A stretch of 50,115 bases of DNA, filler included, from Catajapyx aquilonaris (Eukaryota), in assembly GCA_000934665.2 (NCBI GenBank). It is 2 parts of 2 records of this genome, joined end to end, with 100 filler letters (N's around TTAATTAATTAA, not from the genome) between each part and the next. Parts side by side here need not be neighbours in the genome. Positions count along the whole stretch, not along the records: positions 1 to 25,067 come from JYFJ02005435.1; 1 more part is not named here. One strand, written 5' to 3'. This document shows, piece by piece, positions 1-11,848 of this stretch. The translations under genes were made by a program, and so were the position numbers. Position 1 is the stretch's first letter; the number at the start of each line of letters is the position of its first letter. The notes below the pieces were generated by a model. It was not told where the DNA came from, searched no databases, and saw nothing but the letters and a program-made list of their open reading frames with translations.

Positions 1-393
1 AAAGTAAACTTCTAACACTCATTGGTAGAGCCATTACCCAAAAATGTGACCTTCGAATGGAATATTAACTTTTAACTGTCAATGGTGGAGCAGTAACACT
101 GCTCTTTCTTCTCTGCTTAGAGCTTCTCTGCTTCTCTGCTTTTTCTTCGAATCGCACATGATTAGAAGTTCTAATCATGTGCGATTCGAAGATGACATTT
201 TGTAGTCCTGTGATACGAATCAGAGGTCCAAGTATATTTATAATTATTCTAATGAATCAAGGAACTGTATTTGTAATTTGAAGGTGGAGTTGTTACGTTA
301 CTGCTCCACCATTGACAGTTAAAAGTTAATATTCCATTCGAAGGTCACATTTTTGGGTAATGGCTCTACCAATGAGTGTTAGAAGTTTACTTT
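1..393. mobile_element. Foldback/MITE with ~97-bp inverted arms and an internal perfect hairpin
   Basis: 1-97 is the reverse complement of ~297-393; a 24-bp perfect stem with a 1-nt centre lies at 144-192. May extend beyond the window edge. Confidence 0.7.
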
Positions 394-649
394 CTATTGT
401 ATTAAACCACGCATCGCATTGTTCCTCGTGCCCGTGAACCAAGTCCGGCCAAGTCATCTCACTTAGCTTATAGCCTCGAAGAAAGGCTTGGCGTCCACCA
501 CGATCTCACGACTTTGTACGGTGGAGTGGACAAGGCTTGGCTTCCAGGCACTATCTCACAGGTTTTTTCGGCAGACGACTTGGCGCGTTTTTACGAGTGC
601 GTTTTTGAGGGAGATCTAATTTACTCAATATACTAATACACTTCGTTAA

Positions 650-1258
650 TACAACCGGGATTCTCCTAAATGCAATGATTGGCGTGAGATCATGAAGGGC
701 AAAATCACAGGTCCATTTTTTTCTCGCAGACCGTGGTAACTGGACTTACATGCCTGGGTATGTTACAGAAATTTGCTGTGCTTCAGCTAATCCCCCCACT
801 TTGCCAATGATATCGGCACATTCTGGGATGACCATTACAGGATGGATTTGGAGATGATCAAAGTTCATTGCATGGCCCCCCAAATGACCAAACCTAACTT
901 TTTCCTGTTGGGGTTAGTTAAAGACACGTGTAGGCTACACAGGTGCATAATTTGGCAGACTTGCGCGACAGAATTTGCGTTGCAATTAAAAAGGTAACAC
1001 CCCAAAATACTTCTCAACGCATGGGTTGAGGCAGACTTCCGGTTTGACCTTTGCTGCGCTACCAGTGGAGTTCATGTTGAAGCGTATTAGACATGTAAAA
1101 AAATTCCGATCTGCTCTTTAAACTGGCACACAGCTTCCGTCATTACAACTAGTACTTCGTAAGTTATGAATTTTTCTTTTATTATACCCGTTATAACCAT
1201 TCGTTACTTACTCCATGCTGCATCGTTTTTATCTGCCCACGACTTTTGCCCCACCCTG
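650..1258 (+). mobile_element. Decayed Tc1/mariner-superfamily transposase 3' part and right end
   Basis: Remnant AWPP...FFLLGLVKD...NLADLRDRI...ATSGVHVEAY*; ends ACCCTG-TA. Confidence 0.75.
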
Positions 1259-1281
1259 TACCTCTAAGCGGAACACCCAGT

Positions 1282-3073
1282 ATACTGATGATTACATAAT
1301 CAAAAATTTCAAGTCAAAAATTGGTGCTCCAATTTTGATTTTGATTTTTCTCAAACTTGGATACTTTTGAGATTTTCTGAATGACTTTTAAAATGAAGCT
1401 GGACATGTCTGGCCAATATTTCCGAAAACTCTACGAGGACGATTTTGGTCTTTCACGCTCTAGAAGCCGAAACGAAACCCGTGTGCATGCGCGTGGACCA
1501 CCCCGCCCGCCTTTCCACATATATAGCGAGAACGATTGATGTATATATCAATTGTTCTCGCTATCTGGATGTAATCCACTGCAGCCGGCTTTATGTGACC
1601 TTTACTTCTAACTGCAGATATCTTTCATACCCAACTGAAGAAAAGAGTAATTTTTTGTTGTTTGTTTACACACATGACAAAAATGCCCTTTCCCACATGC
1701 AGTACGCGTAGAAGTGAACACAAAGTAGCCATTTACACTGTGATATGCGACAGGAGTAGGCTATATATGGAGCAATGAAAATGTACGAGATGTCAAGGTG
1801 TTCTAGAATAATTCTAAATCTATTCTAAACTGTTCTAATTCTATATATTCTAATCTATTCTAAATTAGTTCTAGAATAATTGAAGTTTCTACACATGCAA
1901 ACTCACCCTATTCAGATACTGACATCTTCCTGTAATTTTTATTAAATGGAACAGACAAGCCATGTATCGTTTTTTTTTTTTTTTTTTTGAAGGATCCCTC
2001 CCCCATACTATAGAACACATGTTCTCTTTGGGGGAGTAATAAAATTTGATTGATTGATTGATTGGTAATTTTTTGAAGGAGTAAATAAGACACCTTGCAG
2101 TTTATTAATAATTAACCAGCCAATTAGGTTGAGGGAGGGAAATGCAACTTATTGCAAAGAGGATATAATAATTAACTTATTGGCCCTATGCAATAGTGTT
2201 TACGACAGAGGGCACGATCCTTCTGCACTAGTACTGTATTGGACAGATCTAATCATGTCAGTGTTTGGTGTCAAATTCTATTCTCACTGTAGCCGGTACT
2301 TATTGTTAGAGAACCCAAGTTCCATCATCAGAGCATATGCATGGCAAAGGCACTTATTTATTTCAGATCAGTACAAACGATAGATCTTCGCGTGGCTGGA
2401 AGACACAGGGCAAGGCGGGTGGGCTGGTCCACGCACATGCACATGGGTTATGTTTCGGCTTCTAGAGCATGAAAGAGCAAAATCGTCCTCGTAGAGTGTT
2501 TGGAAATATCGGCTAGACATCCAGCTATACAGGGTTTGAAAATTTAATCGACCGCCGCTTTGGGAAATGTACGATGGAGGGGTTCCAGGCGATCACTTTG
2601 AGTATATGCAACATGGGTCTCCAACGCATAGTTACCAAGATAATGTGCTTCATACACAAGGTATAAAATATCCTGGCACGTATGCGTCCCTCCATGTGAC
2701 CGCACCTTTTACATTTAAAAAGGTGTTTCCATGTAATTTAATTTTAATATACTATCCTGCTAGGTGTAGCAGGGAATGTCCTAGGGCTAGGCGATGGAAG
2801 TGTCGTAAGCAATATCCGAAACTTATAAGCTGGGATAATGCACTTTTTATTTAATGCTAATTATCTCGGCAAATATGCGTAGGAGACCCATGCTGCATAT
2901 ACTCAAAGTGATCACCTAGAACCCCTCTATCGTTTCCCAAAGTGACAGTAGATTAAATTTCCGAACCCTGTATTTTAAGTCATTCAAAAACTCTCAAGTG
3001 TGAGAAAAATCTAAATCTAAATTAGAGCGCCAATTTGTGACTTTATATTTTTGATTCTCGTAATCATCAGTAT
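1282..3073. mobile_element. MITE with ~230-bp TIRs; right TIR interrupted by a nested element
   Basis: 1282-1511 matches the reverse complement of 2415-2527 plus 2973-3073. Confidence 0.75.
2530..2970. mobile_element. Tc1/mariner-type MITE nested in the TIR of another MITE
   Basis: TA-CAGGGT...ACCCTG-TA; ~110-bp imperfect TIRs. Confidence 0.82.
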
Positions 3074-3283
3074 GACCATCTCATAGAGCGTTAAAATAGG
3101 TATCCAATGCACACATCAAGTTTAGGATTTGTACTTATTCTCTTGGAGTTATGGTAATCCAAGTGACTGCATGAGAAGCAAAAATCTGCATTAATTGGAA
3201 GATTCTGCACCCTATAGTTACGCAACCGCACAACGCAGAGGTATAATTAGGTTTCCTGCATAAGTCGATGAGTTGTACTATGG

Positions 3284-3466
3284 CCCAAACAAGGATTGTC
3301 GTGGATTATCCTGGCTCGGATGCAACCCATTGCACAGGTATGCATTGTGTGTCCACAAAGACAGCTCCTATGCAGAGCAATGCAGATAAGGGACGGGGTC
3401 AGATAAGCAACACATATCAATGCAATGGGTTGCATCCAAGCCAGTATGCGACAATCCTTGTTTGGG
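3284..3466. mobile_element. Small foldback MITE
   Basis: CCCAAACAAGGATTGTCG / CGACAATCCTTGTTTGGG plus a second inner inverted pair. Confidence 0.6.
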
Positions 3467-3558
3467 TGATAGAACATTAGATGTCACTAAATTTTGGTCA
3501 AGGTCCTCACCGATTTGCCAGAAAGGTGGCCCAATTGACGTGGAATGCCTCATGTGTA

Positions 3559-3946
3559 CAGTTCTGTTCATAAAGAATGGTACAACTCTATATGGACGAA
3601 ATGTTTATTCTGTTCCCAATCCCTGGGGTGCCAGCATGTTTTTAGGGGTCATGAGGAAGTCCGGGAAAAGGGAATCAAAAGAAAATAAAGAAGAGAAGAA
3701 AAAAACAAATCAAAGTAGGAAAATTTTAGGGGTGAAATCCACATCAAATCTACGTAAGCATTGTACCGGGTTGAACATTTTGGTCATTAAAATTTTTATT
3801 TAAAAATCGAGATGGGTCATACGGGTCGCCAGAAGTCCAGAAAAGGTTGTCCATAGGGTTTTGGCGAATTAAGGTTGGGAATAATGCTCGATAATCAGGA
3901 TAACATTACATCCATAGAGTCGTACCATTCTTTATGAGCGGGACTG
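3559..3946. mobile_element. Tc1-type MITE
   Basis: TA-CAGTTCTGTTCATAAAGAATGGTAC...GTACCATTCTTTATGAGCGGGACTG-TA. Confidence 0.75.
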
Positions 3947-4310
3947 TACATTCTGATTTGGGTGCACTGATATATGATTATAACATAAATGTTTCCCTTC
4001 CCTTTGTCACTGATTGAACATCCCAGGTGGAGAAGATATGCCATTTCTTAGATGACAGAAATGTCCCTAAGCCAAAGATTGGGTCAGTGGAGGAGTTCCA
4101 GGGCCAAGAGAGAGTGGCCATCATATCCTGTCAACCGTTCGATCAGTAAACGATTTCAGCAGTATCAGCACGATTAACCAGATCTTCAATTTGGGTTTTG
4201 TAGCCAGCCCGAAGTGAATGAATGTGGCCCTAACAAGAGCAGAGGCCTGCCTGGTGGTGATTAGAAACACTCACGTGCTGCCTCTGGACATGGAGTGGAG
4301 GGCCTTTTTG

Positions 4311-4587
4311 CAGAGTTGGGTAAGTTACTTTTGTAATGTAACTGGTAACAGTTACAGTTATTCAGTCCAAAAAAGTAACTAGTTACAGTTACTCATGAAG
4401 TTACTTTTCCATGGTCTGTCACCGCTGCTGTAGATGGATGGGGATTCCCCATTTCTCCCTCTAATACGAATACAGAATATCACCGTGGTCAAAAAAAAAA
4501 AAAAAAGATCAACCTCGATTTACTTTTAATAATAGCTGCTTTTCAAAGTTTGCACCAGTAAGCTTTCCCCTTCTCGGTGTAAAAACT

Positions 4588-4633
<46 letters not shown>

Positions 4634-5829
4634 CCCCCCCCCACACACACACACACACACTGAAAAGTCTCCTCACAGAGGCACTGGAGGGCAGTGCAGT
4701 GTTGTATAGGATGAACATTTTTAAAGGGGGCGATAAAGATCATTTGGGAGTAAAGTTCTCGGTAGCTAACTAACAACAACAGAACCGATTTTTTTTGGTG
4801 TGTAAGTGTAACTGACCTCTCTCTTACACATGTGTGCTGTACTTTTCCCATATTCTTATGTAGTATTTTAAAAAGTCATTTGCATTCGGGAGTAATATAC
4901 GCCGTCGTAAAATTTTAAGTCATGTTGTAACAAGCACCCAAAAATGCGGAAAAATGAGGTGCTCCGGACCCGCGAAGCCGCTTTTTATATTTAGCTATAA
5001 CCTTTCGGCAAATAATAATTTTGTCAAAATTTGACTGATTTGAGAACTATTAGAAGTCGGGGGAACCCTAATTTTCATGGTTTTTATTGTGCCTCGAGGG
5101 AATGGTCAACCGCAAACGCGACCCTCCTTTCGTGTAGGGAGGGTGGGATCAAGTGTCTCCTCTTTTGCCCAGAGTTGGAACTCAAAGAAGCCCGGATTTT
5201 CTATATCCCCGTCTTAAATTTCCGGACCTGAGTCAGACATATAATCCGGAGAAGCCGTCGGCGCGGAGGGAACCGTCCCACTGTCGCCAAATAAATGAAT
5301 CATACGTGTGTTAAAATAGGTGCTTTTCAAAACCTGCATGGAAAAGTAACTTTGTAACTTTCGTTACAAAGTTACTGTTTAAAGGTAACTAGTTACAAGT
5401 ACAAGTTACTTGTGCACAAAAGTAACGACGTTACCGGGAAAAGTACTCAAAAAGTAACTAGTAACTAGTAACTAGTAACGCGTTACTTCTACTCAGTTAC
5501 TGACCGAAGCAGTGGTAGCGGAGGGGATATGGTATCCGACTGCTAATCGGGAGGTCCTGGGTTCGAATCCCGGTGGCCGCCGACCCTGACCGTGGTTTTC
5601 TGTGGTTTCCCATGGTCTCACCAGGAAAATTCCGGGGTCGTGTCCGTAATTATAGGCCACAGCCGCTTCCTTCCGTCCCTATCCCATCCCCATATACGAG
5701 AAGTAAAAACGAAAGCAAGAGTTCCAGATAAAAAAATACGGTGGTATTCCACCCCCCTAAGAGGGCCATGGCCCTAGCACGGGGTACAAATTATTATTAT
5801 TATTATTACTCAGTTAGTACCCAATTCTG
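4311..5829. mobile_element. Non-autonomous hAT element with GTAAC/GTTAC subterminal repeats
   Basis: TIRs CAGAGTTGGGTA/TACCCAATTCTG; 8-bp TSD CCTTTTTG at 4303-4310 and 5830-5837; contains a CT/CA microsatellite and a SINE. Confidence 0.88.
5503..5806 (+). mobile_element. tRNA-derived SINE family A, copy 1 (nested in the hAT element)
   Basis: Pol III A/B boxes (GGTTCGAATCC), GACTGCTAATC tRNA-Ser(GCT)-like loop, (TTA)n tail, TSD ~TACTCAGTTA. Confidence 0.85.
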
Positions 5830-5993
5830 CCTTTTTGTCCTACGTGTACAAATTAGGATCATACAAATGATGCGAAATGCCATGTATTGTGATCAGGGGG
5901 GACGATGATGAGGATGACATGCCAAATATCTATTAGGAAATCAGGTTTTCTTGTGGTTTCTGAGTTTCATCATTTACAGATATGGAATTCATC

Positions 5994-6447
5994 ACCGAAG
6001 CAGTTTGGTGGAGTGGATATGGTGTTGGACTGCTAATCGGGAGGTCCTGGGTTCGAGTCCCGGGGCCGGCGATCCTGACTGTGGTTTTCTGTGGTTTCCC
6101 AAAGTCTTTCCAGGAAAATTCCAGGGTTGTTACCGTAAATAATAGGCCACAGCCGCTTCCTACCATTCCTATCCTGTCCCATCCCAGAGGAGGTGCGATG
6201 CCAGTGGGGGATTTCTGTCCCACATCTTGGCGAACGGACCCCCTGAGGGACTGCACACGACCCCCAACTTGAGAAAATGCACCTGCACCACTGTCCCCCC
6301 CTCTTTTCCCTATCCTTTCCCCTGCACCTGGAGTGAGAGAAAAATGCGAAAAAGCATTAGAAAAACTGATGGTGGTATGCCTCCCCCCAATAACGACTTA
6401 AAAGTTGTATCACGGGGTAAAATAAATAAATAATAAATAAATAAAAT
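5994..6447 (+). mobile_element. tRNA-derived SINE family A, copy 2
   Basis: 16-bp TSD AGATATGGAATTCATC (5978-5993, 6448-6463); (TAAA)n tail. Confidence 0.9.
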
Positions 6448-6916
6448 AGATATGGAATTCATCAGTTATGTGCCTGAATCACATGTTTATGTAGTAAGAA
6501 TGAGTTTTTAAGTCACTTTTAGGGCAGTGATTAGTAGTATATGTTTAGGTCAAGTTTTAAGTTGAAAAATTAGATGATATTTTGCAGGATAATTTGAAAA
6601 CACTGAAAGTGACCACTTTTGTCGACTTGGCTTATTAATATTACTCCTCAAATCATAGATGTTGAAAACCGGTAAGAGTTTTAAGAAACTTGTGCCACTC
6701 ATTGTTGCAACAGACGGTGTGCCATGACCAACATTCCAGGCTCATTACATGTAACACTCAAGTAGACAAAATACTTCCTTTTGTTGCGTGGTGAGTAACC
6801 TAAACAATTGATGGTATACGGAACTACTAACTCGTATAAGTTGCGTCAGTTTTACCTCCATAATTGAGCAAATAATCAAATTGTGACATGGTAATTGGAT
6901 GCACTTAGAATTTATA

Positions 6917-7529
6917 CGAGGGCTGTACTAAAATGATTTACAATTAATTTTTTTTTGCCACAAATACAGTGCCCGTACAGGTCGGCAGATAGTCACACAT
7001 TATAGACAGAATATATCCTCCTGGAGCCGAATGCACTACCACCACAGGTGTGTCAACCTCTCCAGGCCTTCCAGGAACCACTTTTTGGATGTGTGACACC
7101 CCCACTACCAGACAACTGTGCACAATCAACAACATAAACAAGTTGTCCACAGTGTCCTCGACATTGCGGCGGTGAAGGTTTTTTTTCATGGATCTGGGTT
7201 TGGGTGCTTCCACACCCGCTGCACTCACCGGGCTTGGCGCCCAGTGACTCTCACCTGTTCAGATCCAGCAAGAAAAGAACTCCTTTGCTGATGCAATTTC
7301 GGACATTGTTGAGTGTAAGCAGTAGTTGTTGGGGAGGGGGCGCCGAACCTTCAAAAAATGGTTCCTGGACGGGCTGGAAATGTTACCACACCCATGACTC
7401 CTGTTCATTCAGCTCCAGGAGGATTCTCTCGATAATGCGTATGTCGATCTGCGATCTGCCCACCTGTACGGGCACTATATTTGTGGCAAAAAATAATAAT
7501 AATTGTAAATAATTTTAGTACGGCCCTCG
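6917..7529 (+). mobile_element. Internally deleted mariner element
   Basis: TA-flanked ~120-bp TIRs; internal HSPGLAPSDSHLF, the mariner YSPDLAPSDYHLF motif. Confidence 0.85.
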
Positions 7530-7934
7530 TACATTTAGAGACGCTATAGAGATTTTCCTGTTTCTGAAGGTGGTTAATTGGCAATCCAATAGTGAAGAGT
7601 ATGGTAGTACTCTGAACCAAAGTTTTCTTTAAGTCCTGTTTTGTATATGGGCCTATAATTATGGGGTAATATAATATAAAGGGTCAAATGAGTATAGTAA
7701 CTTCATGTATTTCCTGCATTTTGTGGCTGTAATATGCCATTACATTTCATCAGCATTTCATCGTAAGTTTTCCCATATGTAATTTTTTATGAACTGAAGT
7801 GTTAAAATATGTCCTTCTGTACATTATAAACTCATTAACCCTTTGATGGCGGAGTTTTTTTGGCCATTTTAGTCTCTTTATGGAAAAAAAAATCTTGTAG
7901 GAGTAATATTAATGACAAACAATATGCTCCAATA

Positions 7935-8257
7935 GGCGAAGTGGCGCTGCGGTAACGTACGCGCCCACGGATGTTAAGGTCCCGGGTTCGATCCCAACCC
8001 GGGGACACCCCCTTCATCTCGTGCAGAGTTCATTGGGTCACCTCTGGCTTCGTCTCGGGTGGTATTTCCTACAGACTAAACCACCCGGGGGAGTTCACTA
8101 AAAATGGCCACATAAAGACATTGCACTGCACCTTGCACATCCCCTCCTGTCATCCTGCCCGTGGGCCCGGGCGTTACGTATAAAGGCTCCAATGTACACG
8201 ACAAAAATAAATAAAGGTCCGTGCTACATACCTCTGATGAGGTCAGCACTACCCCGG

Positions 8258-8290
<33 letters not shown>
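7935..8290 (+). mobile_element. tRNA-derived SINE family B, copy 1
   Basis: B box GGTTCGATCC; (TTA)n tail; 13-bp TSD ATATGCTCCAATA (7922-7934, 8291-8303). Confidence 0.88.
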
Positions 8291-8294
<4 letters not shown>

Positions 8295-9408
8295 GCTCCA
8301 ATATTTATCATTTCAACTCGTGGTGGTCCTTTTGAATGTAAAATGCCGAAAAAATTCATCTACAGGGTGTTCCAGAAAAAAATTTAAAGTGCAATTAACT
8401 TGAAACGTAATTAAATTTATTTAAATTTTTAACGTCACTATAAAATTGTTACTGTGGTTACATAATACTACTAAAACACTGTGCTTTGAGAAATTACTGC
8501 GAATCCAGACGTCGCATGTTGTCAAAAATCTTCAGGCGGGAAGGGGTATTCTTAGCTACCGCTGGGAGGCGGGAAAACTGATTAGCATACGCCATGGTAG
8601 TTGAGCCCCCTTCCACGAGGTGGTAGGAGCAGTTTGAGCCTCAAACTGCGCCATTTTTGTTCTCCCAGTTCAAAAGCCAACAGGACATCATATGATGTCC
8701 ATAGCCATCAAAGGGTTAAGAATTAATATAAGAGAGTAACTATGCAATACTGTCACCTGTGAGAAATCAGTCCTCTTGCATGACCATTCCCAACACCAGA
8801 TGTACAAATCTGACTAGCCAGTCTTACTTTAGGAATATACTCTTAGGAATATGCTGACGGTGGGATGACCTGCTACTAGTAAGAAGCACCCTGTATGAAA
8901 AGTAAGATTCAGTGTCAAACAGGAATTCTCTCAACTGTCAAGACATTCATGTGTGCCAGGTAAATCCCACAGAACACTGAATTTGTACAAAATAAATAAA
9001 TGATGGAAATAGGTCCATAACAAATAACATAACAGTATCACTAACTTACGCTTTCAGGTTTATGCCGCCCACTTCAGAACACTCTTGCCTTATCAAAGGC
9101 ACAAATCTTATGGTAAGTACAGCTTCATCTCTCCTGCCTCAAAGTGACAAGATTGGGGCACAATTATTTTCAAATCTGGCATCTTCCAGTTCATAGATAT
9201 ACCGTACTCAATATTTTTTGCTGTTTTATATTGCAATGGATCAAAATAACTTACCCAACCCTGTGACAGATCAAAACTTTAACTGATATCAAAGCCTTAA
9301 AAGTACATCAGACTTCACTATCCACTAATATTGTATCTGGATACAAAAGAGTAGAAAAAATTGCTTCTGCAACACCTTTGCTCAATTATGCAATTAATCG
9401 CAATAAGT

Positions 9409-9746
9409 ATTTTTTTTTTTTTTAATGTACCTCGTGATGACCTGTTGGGTCTATAGGGGGTGGTGGATTACCACCATTGGTATTTGATTTGGAGGGTGTA
9501 AGAGAATCTTATGAATTACTCCAAGGGTTGGTAGGAGGGGATGTGCAAAGTGCATGTGCGCTGTCGTTAATTGGTCATTTTGTGAACTCCCCCGGGTGGA
9601 TTAGTCTTTAGGAAATTTCCACCCGAAATGAAGCCAGAGATGGCCCAACTCTGCACGGATAAAGGTGGGAACCCCAGGTGAGGATTGAACCCGGGACCTT
9701 CATATCCGTGGGCGCACGCGTTACCGCGACGCCACTTCATCTCCCT
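9409..9746 (-). mobile_element. SINE family B, copy 2
   Basis: Reverse-complement match to 7935-8150; poly(A) tail; TSD GCAATAAGT. Confidence 0.85.
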
Positions 9747-10842
9747 GCAATAAGTCATTTTGTAACTTACTACTTCCACCCAGAAAACCTTTTCCTTTTC
9801 AATTTCTAATTCTTCTCAAGTCTAAACTGATTTCATAAGGCCCATATAAAATTTTCACTTTCTCTAAGCTTTGGTAAACGTGTTATCAAGAGAAAAAATA
9901 ACAGGCTTATTACAACTTGTGTGTGCAAGGACTTTAAAAAGTGCACAAGAAAAAAAAGTCTATATACCGTACTAATAATACTGTCATTCAGTAATGGACA
10001 CCTATAAAAAGGGTGCGTACACCATGTTCATGTAACATTGTAACTGAATAGATAACGGCAGTAGTTGTCTTGAACAAATAGGGTCGAATTGTTGTAAATT
10101 AATGTGTACAAGATATTTCCCTATACAGGCCTAACCGAGGGAATATTATATTTGAGATATTCAGTTGGGCGTGTGACTGAGAGAAAGCCATTATGTTAAA
10201 TGAATATAGCCTATTTCATTGATGTATCTATTATTAAGTTATGGTGGCAAAATCACTGCTATGTGACCATTATACCCTCCCCCACGCTGTCCCTCCCTCC
10301 CCAGTGACACTGGTTCAGGGAGTCAAAAGGACACCAAGGTTGGGACCCATCATTCCACTGGGGCTCCAACCAGACCAGTGCAGTGGGGAACTGGATTCTG
10401 TCCATTGCTTTATTGTCATCATTTTTCATGACACCAAGATGAACTATTCTGTTGGACTCAAACGAACGAATCGCACATGATTTAACCTCATTGCGCGAAA
10501 TATGAACAACCGAATAATGCGAACAAGTCAAAACTAAGTGACTGGTTGTGTTTTTTGCAAAAACAAAAATGGTCGAATATGAGTTATGATCACCACTTCA
10601 TAGGTGGTCCATGCCGTGCACTCTTAATGCACAAATCCTAATGCAAAAAGGAGAATGAGCAAGGGAGAAAAAAAATGCAGCACAAATGCACCTTATGCAA
10701 TAATATCAAAAACATTCCCTTCAGTGAAAAAAAGGGTAGTAAGACCTCCGTGGCGGAATGAAAGTACTGAAACAAGGCAGTCGCACGTAAGACCTTCCCC
10801 AATTGATTTAAGCTGTACCACAGGTCTTACTCAAGCAATTCT

Positions 10843-11292
10843 ACCGAAGCAGTAGTGGTGTAGTGGATATGGTGTCCGACTGCTAATCGGGAGGTCCTGG
10901 GTTCGAATCCCGGAGGCCGGCGATCCTGACCTTGGTTTTCTGTGGTTTCCCAAGGTCACTCCAGGAATAATTTCTGGGATCGTACCGTAATATAGGCCAC
11001 AGCCGCTTCCCTCCTTTCCCTGTCCTGGAGGAGATGCGGGTCAGTCGGGGGTTTCTGACCCGCATCTAGGGGGCCATCTATGGCGAACGGACCCCCTGGG
11101 GGACTGCACACGACCCCCAACATAGGAGATTGCACATGCACCAGTGTCCCCCCTTCCTACCCTTACCTTCCTTACCTTGTCCCTGCACCAGCTACTGTAA
11201 AAATAATAACAATAATAATAAAGGAACGTGTGATATACCCCCAGTTGGGGGTGAAAGCACTACCCCAGTTATTATTATTATTATTATTATTA
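10843..11292 (+). mobile_element. tRNA-derived SINE family A, copy 3
   Basis: 16-bp TSD TTACTCAAGCAATTCT (10827-10842, 11293-11308); (TTA)n tail. Confidence 0.9.
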
Positions 11293-11848
11293 TTACTCAA
11301 GCAATTCTCAATTTACTGATCATAAAGTCTCACAGTTCTGCAAAGCGTTCCTTTAGTATAGCCACAAGCTTAGGTGAATGAAATTACCAGTATGTTCCTT
11401 CTTTCTCTCTCTCATTTTGCGCCCCCATACAAATGTTGGCGTCCAGGGCAACTGCCTCCGGCTGCTCCCCCCCCCNNNNNNNNNCCCCCCCCCCCCCCCT
11501 GTACGCCCCTGTGTAAAATAATAGGAAATAAACTTCCCTAACTCGAATTTCTATAACTCGTCGAAGTTCTCCATAACTCGAAGTGCAGGCAGGGTCTTAC
11601 GATGGGATATCAATGCATTTTCAGTCTCCCTAAGTCCCAGTTCATGTTGGCGAGTACGGAAAATTTTCTCATTTCCCAGACGAAGGGTCGAGAGTACAGA
11701 CATGTACAGAAAGGCTTCAATATCCTGATCTCCATCTACTAGACGTACCGAAAGAAGTGCTTGACTCGATTGTGACAATTGAATCCTTGAATCTAAGAGT
11801 AGGCATATGTCCATAATGGATTATTAGCATTCCCACAATTTTCAGGCC

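Larger units (their letters stand above)
4027..5936 (+). pseudogene. armi: armitage/MOV10-like SF1 (Upf1-type) RNA helicase, terminal exon, disrupted
   Basis: cag|VEKICHFLDDRNVPKPKIGSVEEFQGQERVAII (frameshift ~4123) LSTVRS...LGFVASPK*MNVALTRAEACLVVIRNTHVLPLDMEWRAFL, then a MITE at 4311-5829, then SYVYKLGSYK*CEMP...*. These are SF1B motifs V/VI of the MOV10/Armitage type. Confidence 0.85.

Noticed and set aside
5503..5580. tRNA-Ser(GCT) gene (also at 5994 and 10843)
   Set aside because: These are SINE heads: they continue into a shared body and tail and are flanked by TSDs.
8225..8260. Hammerhead ribozyme core (CTGATGA) in a SINE tail
   Set aside because: No downstream GAAA or stem II/III pairing found.
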